From: Euprymna scolopes
Lineage: Eukaryota
NCBI GenBank assembly: GCA_053919585.1
Contig: CM132809.1
Strand: one strand, 5' to 3'
DNA length: 64,000 nt
Shown here one piece after another: positions 13,261 through 26,636 of the stretch (positions are counted from its first letter, which is position 1; each line of letters begins with the position of its first letter). Below the pieces are notes generated by a model. That model saw only the letters and a program-made list of their open reading frames with translations. It did not search any database and had not been told where the DNA came from. The position numbers were made by a program, and so were the translations under genes.

Positions 13261-14939
13261 CGCACAGTTATGTACGCGTTGGAACTACTCTAAGCAAATA
13301 TTAATAAAAAATATAATAAATGTGAAAACAAAATCGGAACGTGTAAAATGTGTTGTGACATTTGGAGACACATCAGCACGTAAATACCAAGAAATATTAT
13401 AAACGTGATGGTAATATTTTACCGTGTTGCGATCACCAACACCATTTCAACAGTTATTAAATAATGCGAAGAGTGCTGCAAATCTGTGTATACTTGCTTC
13501 CACTCAGACATTAAGGATCACCAGAGATTATTCTAAGTCACACATTTCTTAATATTATTTGTGTGATCTCTCTAAATAGTAAACATTTAGTATTAATTAA
13601 TTTGTCAGTAATTAACTTTGCCTTTACGCTTAAACCGTACCCAGTAGAGTTAAAACCTATCAAGGATTCCAGACCGTCGAGTGTCGTCGAAAAAGAAAAT
13701 CCAATAAAAAATTAATCAGTCCAACTCGACTTTTACTTCTGTTTTACCAAAAAACATTTATGACCATTGATTTACAAACATTTCCTACTTCTTAGTTTTC
13801 TAATTGTTCATTGGTCTGCCATAAGATTAACAGAGTTCTGCGATCTCGACACTGGTACGCGTTTTTCTTTGTGCTCCACTACATGCCGGTCGTTGCGATC
13901 CGTTTCTGGTCATGGACTTTACACGTTCATTTTTTTTGGATTTTGCTTCTCCCAACCACCTGGTCGTTTTTTTGTTGTTGTTTTCTTTTCGCATAAGCTC
14001 GCACACGCTTCCTGATTTGCATATGTGTGTTTTTTTACTACTGCTTATATATCTTCCCAAGCAAACTGTCTTACCACTCCTGTTTATATTTTCAAAAACG
14101 CTTATATGCAGCCTGTTACAAGTCAAAAGCCGATATCCATTCATATTACATTATTGTAAAATGTATTAATTTTTAAATAATAAAGGACGGCCACATATTA
14201 GTATAGTCTGAATTATTATGGACGAATAAATCCTTTCGATTCCAAAATGAAACATTAATATTAATATAATTTTGGATGATGGAAGAAAATATTTATGGTT
14301 CTTATGGCACCATGCACTCACACAATACCTCTTAGTATACTAATAGCAATGGTACAGTGTCTTTTCATGCGTAACGATACAGCTCTCCATGGTAGTGTAT
14401 TAAATATTAAGAGGCAATGTGCCAGATGTTACTTCGTCGAGATATTTTCGTCCCTGCCATCATCTAGTTTTTATAAGTAATTATAGATTGTACATTTATG
14501 TATTAAGTATAGTCATTATGAACATAACAGAAAATTTTACTTTAAATTCTACAAGGGAATATGTAGCTATTAAGGATTCGGAAGATATGAGGCGTAAATT
14601 GGAGAAGGTAGAGAGAATGGCAATGTATATCGATCCCGAAGGCCATATCGAACCTTTTCATATTTTATATGACAATGATTTTGAAACATTGAAAACGATT
14701 ACCGCTTAGGCTTGAAAAAAATAATTGAAATCGTTGCCAGCGTAATATATGAAATAATAAACAAAATATGCAGCAATTACGAAAACCATGGAAATATGTA
14801 TGTAAATACTCCAATGAGGAAACAAACACACAAAGAAAGAAAGGCGGCATGATACGAATATTTTTAAGCAAATATATATTTACAGAAATAGCATTCCTCA
14901 CGCTCTATAGGAATAGAAACTGTCAGTAATCTCATAAGT

Positions 14940-15400
14940 CTGAATATCCTGGTAACTATGGAAACGGTTAAACATGATCTTGGTTTTCTCGTTTATTCGA
15001 TATTTAATCCTGATATTAAGCTGATGAACGTTTATGCATATATTCACTATTATTTTTTTCATTTAAAGGTGTCAGCACCATGTAAGACTATCTGTGGAAC
15101 ATATCGAAACAAAGACAAATGGGCACTTCCTGTCATAACGTTGTGACAGGTAATGTAAAAGTGTTACATCCCATGGGCGAACATCGTAAAACCTTAATCA
15201 AAGAAGAGATATTAAACGCAGCTATTGCAGATCAGGTATGGTGAGAAACGCAGGTCACGACCCCCTTCTTAATCTGACTTAAACAATCGGTACAGAACAA
15301 TGCCCGCAGATCAGAAATCAACACGTATTCAACATTCGAAGAGACACATATATGAATAGACGAAAGCAAAGTATGTGATCACGTGTGACATATTCATATT
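14940..15400 (+). mobile_element. Very decayed Penelope-like element fragment (GIY-YIG region)
   Basis: EHRKTLIKEEILNAAIADQVW resembles the PLE R..EH...SAIADHVW motif; weak elsewhere. Confidence 0.3.
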
Positions 15401-16749
15401 ATCACATTAAACGTGTCGATAATTTATAAAGGAGGGGCAGTTAATTCGAGAATGAAGCATAATTATAATAATTCTAGCTGCACTTAATATAAAGTTGAAT
15501 ATGATTATGAAATAGACAATATTAGAAGATTACTCATTCCCGCAAATGTGAATTGGATTCTCTAAACAGAACTGCCCTTTTACTAAGATTGCAAACAACA
15601 TAGAACGACAGTACAAACTAATAGCTAAATTGTTTATTCCAATTTGATTCAAATATTTTTTCATTCTAAAAATGAAAAAAATATTTGAGAGTAAAGAAAT
15701 AATAAATTCACAAACACTTTGTTATAGATATATCCTTCCGCCTGTATGTCTGTCTGTTTCACTTTTCTTTAAAATATGTAGCAACTGTGGTTTAAGTTTA
15801 TGTAGCGAAGTAAGTGTTATAAGGCCCGCCCAACACATAGGGATTAATACGAATTAGCTACTAGACTTCCACGATTAAACAATAATGTTCGCGTGTAAAT
15901 TATGTACATTATTTCCTTATTATATTATACAACATTTTCCCGAAAGATTTGACCAAAATCCTTCAGTCTTTGACTTCACACTATGCCTTTGCGCATTTTT
16001 AACAGTCTAAAACGCATAGGATTTATTAGTTGATATCTAATGATCGTGTCTACAATTTAAGTGTAAATCTCAGATCTTTATATTTTATTTTTATTTTTTT
16101 ACTTTTCTAAATCTTTAAGATGTGGATTAGTTGTTCGTATTATTTGAGTTATAGAACTACTGTTCTTACCCTGGTTATGATTTTCACAACGGTCTGCTAG
16201 TGTATCTTGTCGATATCGAGTATGTTTCTCTCGAACTCGGGAATTTGAAGGGAATTTTGTAACGGAACGGTTTATTAACTCAATTGGAAAAGCATGTTCT
16301 TGCTTCGTTAGCTATAACTGGATAGATGCTCCATGTACTTTGAAATTTTATTTTCAGTCGTCCGCACTGAGAATCGAACTTTAACTTTCAGGAGAATATG
16401 ACATGTACAATTGATATTTCTTACTATTGTACCAATTGCGTCACCGGTCCTTGCGAGATCGACAAGATCAAAATAATACGAATATTTTTGTTTTAATGCT
16501 TTTCATCATAATGGTTTTTATCATCCTAACAAACTTAATTTTAAGACAATTTTATTAATTTACGTTTAATATAAATTTTTTAGTTTAACAAAAGTTGGAG
16601 CTACCTTAACTTTCAGGAAGGTCTTCTATACCCTTTGTCTGCTTTACACAAGACTAAAAATGAAAAAAATATTTGAGACTTAAGAAATAATATCAGGGAC
16701 GCCCCATGGCAAAATATCTTTTCATTCCTGCTGAACAGTGCGCAAATAA

Positions 16750-18815
16750 GACCACTGAATGGTTCAAAAGAGCAATTGAAGCACATGTTTCTACACGGAA
16801 TTTTACAGCAAGCCCCACTCTCGCCAATGGTTTACTTCTACTTGTGCAGACGCCATCGCGCAAAGGCAGCATGAGTAACGCAGATTTAACCGACATAAGT
16901 CCAGGTCAAACAGGCAGAAGTATATAGAAGCCAGAAGTAACTATAAGAAAGAAATAGCGACAGCTAAGAGAGAATTTACTGAAACCACCAACAAACGTGT
17001 CTAAGCACAGAAATTATGGACCTGCGACTTCTGGAAAATCTACAACAATGTAGTAACTAATGGGCAATCAACAATGCCCCCACTATCTAACAATCATGAG
17101 TTTGTTTACTCTGAAACTAAGAAGGCTAACATGCTTGCCAGTCGGTCTGCCTCCAACTCTACACTGGACCCTGCTAACCGCCCCCATCCCTGACTTTTCT
17201 TTGCGGACAGGCGCCACACTAGACGATCTGAAAATCACCCCTTCTCAGGTGCATGCTATCTTGACACTACAAAAGCATGTGCACCTGATCTCATCCCGGC
17301 TGTGCTATGAAAAATGTGCTCCGCCGAAGTAGCTCCAGTTCTCTCCAAACTTTACAACAAATGCCTTAATGAACCTTGCTATCTTGCTTGCTGGAAAACT
17401 GCTTCTGTAGTACCAGTTTTCAAAAATGCTGGCGAAAGAACTGACCCAGTAAATTATCGCCCGATAAGCCTCCTCCCACTTTTCGCCAAAATATTTCAGA
17501 CAATAATTAACCAAGTTCTAATCCATCACCTTACAGATGCTAGTCTGACTGACAAACAATATGGATTTAGACAAGCCCGTTCAACAGCAGCCATGCTAAC
17601 TTTAATCTCAGAACGTATATACCAGTCACAGGACAAAGTGGGGAGGGTAGAGCGGCAGCTCTAGGTATATCTAAGGCTTTTTGACAGGGTATGGCACGAA
17701 GATCTTCTCAGGAAAATCAGATTATACGGTATCACTGAAAGAATACATGACATAATTAAATCTAGGCTGTCCTCGATAGTCGTACATCAAAACAATATGA
17801 TATAAATGCGGGAGTGCCTCAGGGGTCTATCCTGGGACCTCTGTCATTCCTTATATTCATAAATTACCTCCCAGACAAAATTGCCTGTGAGATAGGTATA
17901 TTAGCTGGCGACACCACACTATATAACAGACACGACAGGAAAACAAATGAACGCATATCTAAAGACATGGAAGAAGTACTAGAGCGTGACCTCCGATCTG
18001 TAGTTGAATGGGGACATACATGGATGATCACATTCAATGCTGCCAAGACAAAACTCGTTTCCTTCAATAATTACAAGAAACCTTCTTACCACCAATAGCA
18101 ATGGGCAATCACTCTTTATCTGAAAGTACATCCTTAAAACTCCTACGCCTAACACTCTCAGGAAACATGAGTTGGAACAATTGCATCGAGAGTATCGCCA
18201 GGACCGCTGCGAGCAAGGTAGGTCCTTTCTACCGTGCTAGAAAGCTCCAAACGCCCGAAAGTATCCTATACCTCTATAAGGCCACCATTCGCCCTATATG
18301 GAGTATTGTTGTCATATTTGGGCTGGTTCATCTACCACTAGTCTCTCGCTCCTAGACGAGGTTCAAAAGAGAGTCGCCAATCTGATTGGTCCTGAACTGT
18401 CATCTAAACTTTAGCCCCTGCCCCATCGACGAAATGCTGCATCCGTCTGCCTTTTCCACAAGTACATTAACGGTGAATGCTCTGACGAACTGCAATCACT
18501 TGTGCCCCCTCGACGTAAATACCCCCGACAAACCCGACAAGCAGCTAAATCCCACCCCTTTACAGTAGAGATCCCTAGATGTAAGAGAGCCTTCTACTCC
18601 AGTAGTTTCTTTCCCAGGACAGCTAGAATCTGTAATTCCCTGCCGGGTCACTGTTTCCCCAACTCTACTGACATGCAGAAGTTAAAGTGCAACGTGAACC
18701 GACTTCTTGCTACCCGACTCCCTACACAGTACCCCTGACGCCCATGTCCCTGATAGTAGCCCCCTACAACAAAGTGGCAATATGCCTTGTTTGTGATGAA
18801 AAAGTAAAAAGAAAA
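16750..18815 (+). mobile_element. CR1-group LINE (family B), 5'-truncated, decayed RT plus 3' UTR
   Basis: WKTASVVPVFK, NYRPISLLP, QYGFRQARST, PQGSILGP, degenerate xADD (LAGDTT), FFPRTARICN; A-rich tail at ~18800-18815. Confidence 0.9.
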
Positions 18816-19211
18816 ATACAGAATAAAAATATGACCTATTTAGATGTTATAATGTACATACAGATTCAGAAGTTAATCTAATATATTTAAATATACTCAC
18901 ATGTGTATTCATATAAAATTCATGGAGAGATAAGCAAATATGCTTTATTTTAAGGTTCATCTAAACCTCGTAGATTAGTATACGAAACACGCGTGTAAGT
19001 AAATATCCCTTGATTATGTGATGTTCTGCAATCTCTGCAGACAGTCAGTTATGAATTAAATACATGGTCAAATTTTTTAGAGCGCATTAACTGATCCTAG
19101 CTTTCTTCCCGGCGTTGCTGGTCGAAAAATACACTTAAACAGGATATTATTAATTAATGCAGATTGCATGTATATTATTATAGAACCAAGCCTGTATTGT
19201 TTATTGTATAT

Positions 19212-20734
19212 TATTTAAGCGCTGCCTTAAGGAGAAGTGCTTTCCGACCCCCTGGAAGACCTCATCAGTTTGCCCTGTATTTAAGAATTCAGGTGATAAG
19301 TCATCTCCCTCTCAGTACAGACCAATAAGTCTTCTCTGTGTTATGAGTAAGTTGCTGGAATCAATATTAAATAGAGAAATAGCCAACCACCTCAGCAGGA
19401 ATAACCTTCTTAGTGACACACAATATGGTTTCCGCTCTGCAAGATCTACCGCAGATGTGCTGACGGTTATATCCCACAGGATTAGTGAATCTCTTGACAA
19501 AGGCTTCCTTTCTAGGGCAATTGCTCTTGACATATCAAAGGCCTTCGACAAAGTATGGCATAAGGGTCTACTTCACAAGATTTCCAGCTACGGTATAACT
19601 GGAAATGTTTTCTCAATCATTAAATCATTTCTCTCCGATAGGCTCATAAGAGTAGTGGTAGATGGACAAAAATCGGAGGCCTGCAATGTAAATGCTGGAG
19701 TCCCTCAGGGATCAATACTGGGCCCAACTCTCTTCCTGATCTACGTCAATGACCTCCCTAAACACATACTTAAATCCTTCGTTGACATCTCTGCTGATGA
19801 CACGACCATCTACGGCAACACAACAAAGGCTGTAAATGACGAAGTTCTCTCGGATTCTCTCTCCTCTGATCTCGAGCGCGTGGTTCAGTGGGGGAAGATG
19901 TGGCTAGTTACCTTTAATGCATCCAAAACAAAACTCCTATCCTTACATCATCAACGCTCTGATCCCCAGCTGGCATCAATTGTGATGGATGGCTCTCGTC
20001 TGGGTGAGGCCCCGTGTTTTGACAAGCTTCTGGGTTTGCCCTTTACTCCTGATCTGAAATGGAACACGTACATCAAGTCTGTTGACAAGGTCGCTGGAAA
20101 GATGGTAGGATCCTTCTACCGCTTCAGAAGATATCTCACTACTGATGCAATTCTCTGTCTATATAAAAGCCAAGTACGGCCAAGGATGGAATACTGTTGC
20201 CATATCTGGGTAGGAGCTGCCAAAACAGCCTATCATGCCTTGACAGAGTACAAAATAGACTTCGTGGTTTAGTGGGGGATGCCCTTTTCTCTACCCTGCA
20301 ACCTCTCTCCCACAAAAGAGACGTTGCGAGCCTATCCTTGTTTTATCGTTATTTTCATGGCAGGTGCTCGTCTTAACTCCAATCCCGGCCCCCCCCTCGC
20401 CAATCTTTCACGAAAAACACCCGTCTAGCTGAATCCACTGTGAAAAATTTTCCCCACTCTATATCTGTGCCTAAATCAAAACGCGGATTTCATGAGCAAA
20501 GCTTCTTTCTTAGAACTGCACGCCTGTGGAACTCTGTTCCGTCTGCCTGCTTCCCTCCGGACTACAACTTGGATGTCTTCAAGTCTAATGCTAACAAATT
20601 CCCAATGAACTGCCCCCCCTAATTAAACACTTCATAAAATCTCCTCACTACCGTAATGTACTTGCAATAACCCTTATCCCTGAGTGGCTTCCGGGCCTTG
20701 ATAAGTGGTGATCACTGTGTAAAAAAAAAAAAAA
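19212..20734 (+). mobile_element. CR1-group LINE (family A), 5'-truncated copy with poly(A) tail
   Basis: Closely matches 3199-4686; 309 aa RT ORF at 19343-20272 with YADD mutated to SADD; A14 tail at 20721-20734. Confidence 0.95.
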
Positions 20735-20999
20735 TTATTAGGAATAATTTTCCCTGTGTACTGATTCTCCCCAAAAATTTATCCAATGAATAAAATAATA
20801 AGAAGAACGTCGCTCATTAAATTCTGTGTGTTTACAATATCACGTCAGTTGATATTTGGGCTTGATTTTTAATGTCATGAAAAAGTCACTTCTGATTAAT
20901 TTTTACTTTTAAAATATGCAAACGAGGAAATGGTTTTAAATGATGCCTCCTCTTTTAATTAAATTACGCCCATTAATAAGAGACTTAAAAAAAATATTT

Positions 21000-21070
21000 C
21001 GGTACACCCGGGGTTAAACAGTTGATCATTAGATCTGTAGTCGAATGATCTACCACTGAGCTATATCTCC
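21000..21070 (-). pseudogene. tRNA-Cys pseudogene (or tRNA-Cys-derived SINE head)
   Basis: Minus strand GGAGATATAGCTCAGTGGTAGATCATTCGACTACAGATCTAATGATCAACTGTTTAACCCCGGGTGTACCG aligns to eukaryotic tRNA-Cys; anticodon reads ACA, B-box degraded, T-run just downstream. Confidence 0.75.
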
Positions 21071-22242
21071 ATCTGAAAGTGAATATACTTCTTTTGGGAA
21101 GAAAAAGATTCACTGAAATTTTATTATTTTCTTTTCGATTTTTATCCATAAAAGAGAATGAATATTTATTTCGATTCTCGATATTTATCTGGGGAATTAC
21201 TGAACAAACGTAGCTAAGAACACTAACAGACATTAATGGCCTTTGTGTGGAATTTACACAGTATATGCTAAGCCGTTTCAGAACTTATTAGGAAGGAATT
21301 TTCTCTCAGTCATTTTATATAATAGTAGACGTTAAAGGTCCAAAAAGAAATGGAGCATAGTTTGTTTCCATACTTACACATTAGATAAAATAAAGATTAT
21401 ATCAAAATGCATATACAGCCTGATGAAAAGTGAAATGGCGAAATCAAGAGGCGATAAAGAATGAGGATCAGTTCATTGTTGTAATTAGAAAATCCACAAT
21501 CAAATTTGGGATAACGCACCTATGAATAGTGTTCATATATGTTTTAGTTCAGCATTGATATTTATTAAGTACAACTAAAATAATAATACATAGGAAATGT
21601 ATCATGAACAATGGATCAAAAAGTTCCATGAAAAATCATTTCAATATCCTAAAACGATATTTACAATATTTCAATTTCTAGCATTTGCAGGGACATTTTT
21701 GGTCCTTTCTCTATTTGAAAGTTAGATTTTATTCTAAAATATTAAGACCTGCAAAATCCCGATTATATCCAAAAAGTAAGTTCATTTGATTCGTAATGTG
21801 ATTATTTTGAAAAATAAATTGATAAACGAAGTTAAATAAAATTACAAAACAAATCAGACCTTCAATTTTTCTATTTTTGTCCATACGCCACATCGATATT
21901 ATAGCACGTTCTCTTTCATTGCTATCACCTCCTCATACTCTTCTCTATATATTCCCCAGCAATGTTTCAGGCAAACTACCTTTATCTATTATTAAAATAA
22001 AAATGAAATATAAAATCAAGAGTCCAATTACGTAAGTTTATATATTTTTGCAACGGTTTTGTTCTGCTGAGTAGCTAATCTCAGTTTTTCATGCATTGGT
22101 AATAAATAAATATGTATAGACGGACAATATACCACATAGTAGAAAATAAGGAATTTACACGTTTAGAGAAAACAGCTGAATAAAAAAAAATACTGCTGAA
22201 TTCAAAATAAGAAGGATATATGCCGCAGGTTCAATTCTGGCC

Positions 22243-23606
22243 CATCTCAACAAAAATAACCTTCTTAGTGACACTCGATATGGTTTTCGTTCTGCTAGAT
22301 CTACAGCAGATGTGCTTACAGTTATATCTCATAGGATTAGCAAATCTCTCAACAGAGGCAACCTTTCTAGGGCAATTGCTCTTGACATACCTAAGGCTTT
22401 TGATAGGGTATGGCATAAAGGTTTACTTCATAAGATCTCTAGCTATAGTAAAGCTGGAAATGTATTCTCAATTATTAAATCATTTCTTTCTGATAGGTTC
22501 ATAAGAGTAATAGTTGAGGGGCAAAAATCAGAAGCTCACAGTATTAATACCGGTGCCCCTCAGGGGTCCATCCTGGGCCCAACTCTTTTCCTGATCTACA
22601 TTAATGATCTTCCAAATAACATCCTTACATCATTTGTAGACATTTATGCTGACGACACTACCATTTATGGTAGCATATCTAAGACAGTAAACGACCAAGT
22701 TCTCTCTGATTCTCTCTCCTCTGATCTTGAGCACGTAGTACAATGGGGGAAAGGAGTACCTGGTTACTTTTAATGCATCTAAAACCAAGCTTCTCTCTTT
22801 ACATCATCAACATTCTGATCCACATCTGGCATCAACTGAAATGAATGGCTCTCGTCTTCAGGAGGTCTCAAGTTTTGACAAGCTTCTGGGCTTGACCTTT
22901 ACTCCTGATCTTAAATGGAACACGTACATCAAATCTGTTGCCAAGGCCGCTGGAAAAATGGTGGTATCTTTTCATCGATCCGGTAAATATCTCACTGCTG
23001 ATGCTATTCTCTATCTATATAAGAGCCAGGTACGTCCAAGGATGGCATATTTTGCCACATCTGGGCAGGAGCTGCTAGAAAGGACTTGACTTGCCTTGAT
23101 AGAGTTCAAAATAGACTTCGTAGTCTCGTTGGAGATGTCCTTTTCTCTTCCTTGCAACCTCTATCTCACAGAAGAGATGTTGCGAGTTTGTCTCTGATGT
23201 ATCGTTATTTTCATGGAAAGTGTTCAACTGAGCTTCAATCTATGGTCCCCCCTCGCCAAACTTTCACAAGAAACACTCGTCTAGCTGTAAACACTATCAA
23301 TAATTCCCCCCACTCTTTATCTGTGCCTAAGCGTAAACGTAGATTCCATGAACAAAGCTTCTTTCTTAGAACTGCACGCCTGTGGAATTGTCTTCCGTTT
23401 TCTTGCTTTCCGGCTGACTACAATATGCTTGTGTTCAAGTCTAACGTAAATAAGTTCTTCATGAGCCGTTCTATATAAGTTATCTAATTTACCAAATTTT
23501 CATTACTAATGATTACTATATTGTCTAATTTCTGCTGTACACTCTTTAACCCTTATCTCTTGGCCTTGATGCGTGGTGATGCGTGGTGATGCGTATGTAA
23601 AAAAAA
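22243..23606 (+). mobile_element. CR1-group LINE (family A-related subfamily), 5'-truncated, short poly(A)
   Basis: KAFDRVWH, GAPQGSILGP, YADD, FFLRTARLWN; 3' end (GATGCGTGGT)n then A8. Confidence 0.93.
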
Positions 23607-24061
23607 TGACAACCCCTGGGAGAACATTACAGTATATAGTATGATTTAATAAGCATAATACCTGTATATCTACTCTCATTTTACTATACAATATGCTGTA
23701 AACTATTCTTAACTTATAGATAACCAACAAGTACACGAACAATGATTTTACAAAAATAATTTGTAACTTCATTTTAAAGACTTTGAAAACTATTAGACAT
23801 TATTTGATATTATTTATATAAGTGTTCTCAATGATATACGAACTTGTTTAATTACTGTAGACAAACGTGCGGAATTCGGAGCGTCATTCGAACCGTTAAT
23901 ACCTTCATGACGAATATAAGTAGCAATTTATACAGTTATTTAGAAGAAATATGTTTTGCACTTACAACCATTAATGAGCTAACAATAAACTTTCATATAC
24001 ACGGTATAATTACGTTTACACACCGGTTTCCCTAAGATCACCGGATTTAGCGACGTTGAGT

Positions 24062-24455
24062 CTGGTCAATATGACAATACTGGTCAATATGATAATACTG
24101 GTCAATATGACAATACTGGTCAATATGACAATACTGGTCAATATGACAATACTGGTCAATATGATAATACTGGTCAATATGACAATACTGGTCAATATGA
24201 CAATACTGGTCAATATGATAATACTGGTCAATATGATAATACTGGTCAATATGACAATACTGGTCAATATGACAATACTGGTCAATATGATAATACTGGT
24301 CAATATGATAATACTGGTCAATATGACAATACTGGTCAATATGACAATACTGGTCAATATGATAATACTGGTCAATATGACAATACTGGTCAATATGACA
24401 ATACTGGTCAATATGACAATACTGGTCAATATGATAATACTGGTCAATATGATAA
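24062..24455. repeat. 18 bp minisatellite CTGGTCAATATGA(C/T)AATA, ~22 copies
   Basis: Directly visible; units differ only at one C/T site. Confidence 0.97.
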
Positions 24456-25430
24456 TGGTAGGTGCTGCATGGGCTTGGTGTCTGGAGAGTGATGGGCTTC
24501 GTTAGGCTATTCTTGCCCAAGACACGCTGCACGAAATACTGCAGTCCCTATTCGATCACGGAGGAATAAGGAACACGTCACTTTAATATTTCCTTTAAAT
24601 AAACACATTTTTATATCCTAAAACATAATCAATCATAGCCTGGTATAATCGATTCTTTATTTTCAATAAAATCGTAATTACCATAAAATCGTAAATAATG
24701 CTTTAATTTATATTTAAATTAGTGTTTCTTCCTGTTTTTTTTTTTTTGTTGTTCCATCTAATTTATTAATCGTTTATTATTTTGCACATGTGTTCGCGTC
24801 CCGTTATTAATGTATCATTTAAGTTTAGTAAATGAAATATTCATTTCATCTTTATGTTTATACGACCATTATATTTATATATTTTTCTATTTTTCATGTT
24901 TATTCTTTCATCAGATTGAATTCATTTACATTATCTTTCGTCGGGTCTTCATTTTCTTTTAAATATGTTTTTATTTCGTCGGGTCTTCATTTTCTTTTAA
25001 TCTAGTATATCATTTAATACAAATGCAACTCAAGTTTAGGTGTCTAAAGTTAACTACATTATAAGGAGAGGTTGAAAATAGTATTAAATTGTTACTTACG
25101 TCGTTCAACCGGACAGTTATATAACTGGGATTAGTAACGATAAAGTTTTATTTAACTTGGAAAACGTCCATTAGTAGTGTGTTCCGTAAATTGCCAGTTA
25201 TTGGAATATTTCCGATGTTTCTTTCTACATTTAAATTTTAGCATTTAACTAATCCTCCTATTTCGAGAGTTCTTATTATATTTTATGTCAAACATTTTTC
25301 TTGCTTGTAATATCTTGTTATTTACAAAAGAAATTTGAATATGCATTTTTATTTTATTTGATCAATATTTTTTTCTGAATTCCAAGTTACATTTTCTGCT
25401 TTTGTTTAACTTTTATTCTTCTATTTTACA

Positions 25431-26050
25431 TTAGCTGGGGTCCCTGGCGTTGCCCAGGTGTGTTTTGTTGTATGTGAAGTGGGGGGGGTAAATTAAAACA
25501 AAATGGAAAATAAAGAATAAGCGAAAGTAACAACTCTGCTGAACTATTATTAACAAAAATAAAATAAAATAGCGAACTTGGTGCAAAGTAAAGAATACGC
25601 GAACTGTTTCAAAATTTCCTAGAAAAACAGAAAAACAAAAACAAAACAACCAGCGTATGTGATGGAAAAATAAAAAAATAACGAACGAAAAATGGCATAA
25701 ATAACGCTATTTCAATATGAAATGTTTAAAAATCAAAATATCGACTCGAACGACGCTGCTAGTATACCAACTGGTCTATGGCCGCATAAGCAAAATGAGA
25801 TGGTTTTCTTATATCTAAATTAATTCAAGAAATAACTTTTTTTTAGCTAAATTATCATGAAGGATAATTTTTCCGCTTACACCTCTCTGTAGGAAGGTGT
25901 CCAGTTGAAAGTGAAGGACAATTTTTCGATATTATTTGGGACAATTTTTCGATATTATTCGTCCGATCTCGTTAAAATCCGTCGCCAATGTCGAAAGTTT
26001 TTACTACCTACATTTAAACAGATTTTTCCCTTCGTATTATAGATAATAGA
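25431..26050 (-). mobile_element. Non-autonomous Helitron
   Basis: Minus strand begins A|TCTATTATCTAT and ends with a CCTGG/CCAGG hairpin followed by CTAA|T (CTRR); its 5' part resembles ~37735-37780. Confidence 0.65.
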
Positions 26051-26636
26051 TTTATTTTCATTTTATTTTACTTCACTTTTAGCTTATTTTATTTTAGTTT
26101 TTTTTTCTTTTTCATGCATTTCGGTATGTTACATTTATTCTTAGTTTTTTTTTTGGGATTTGGTTTTTATTTATTTTCATATGGTCTATATTATTTATTT
26201 TCACCCTGTAAGGTAAAGCAACCTTCTTTACTTCGCTTCTATTGTTCTTAGCGCTTACACTTGATTAATATGTTTCTCGTGATGTATTTTCCAATTAAAA
26301 TCATTATCTTTTTTAACTGTCATTTCTCATATTTCTCATTAATTTAGAATATAATATATTTAATACGATTTAAGGTAATTTAATTTCATATTTATATTTT
26401 TAGTGAGGTCTCTTATAATAATTTGATTTCCTTGGAGTTCCCTATATAAGCAGAGAAAGAAAAAGGCTGCATTTTACGTCGGCGGTATCTTTGTTTGTTC
26501 AGTTGCCTGAAATGTCGGGGGTGTTTGCTTCTATTTCTATCCTTGTAACTCTATCACTAATAAAAGTGCTTTTTAGACGATGAAAAGGTAAACCGTAAGA
26601 ATTACAGATTGATAAGACATAAAGCAACCCAACTGG

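Noticed and set aside
16368-16452. Minus-strand tRNA-like A/B boxes (intron-containing tRNA?)
   Set aside because: Stems do not pair convincingly; too degenerate to call
15666-16692. 39 bp near-identical direct repeat (~15666 and ~16654) as LTRs or a TSD
   Set aside because: Short and A-rich, with no element features between or around the copies
19343-20272. 309 aa RT ORF as an active or domesticated gene
   Set aside because: 5'-truncated LINE copy; catalytic motif reads SADD and the C-terminus is frameshifted
21415-21455. CTGATGA...GAAA hammerhead-like core (similar near-matches at ~28050 and ~58590)
   Set aside because: No pairing stems II/III or cleavage triplet in register; the 58590 match lies within mariner-like sequence
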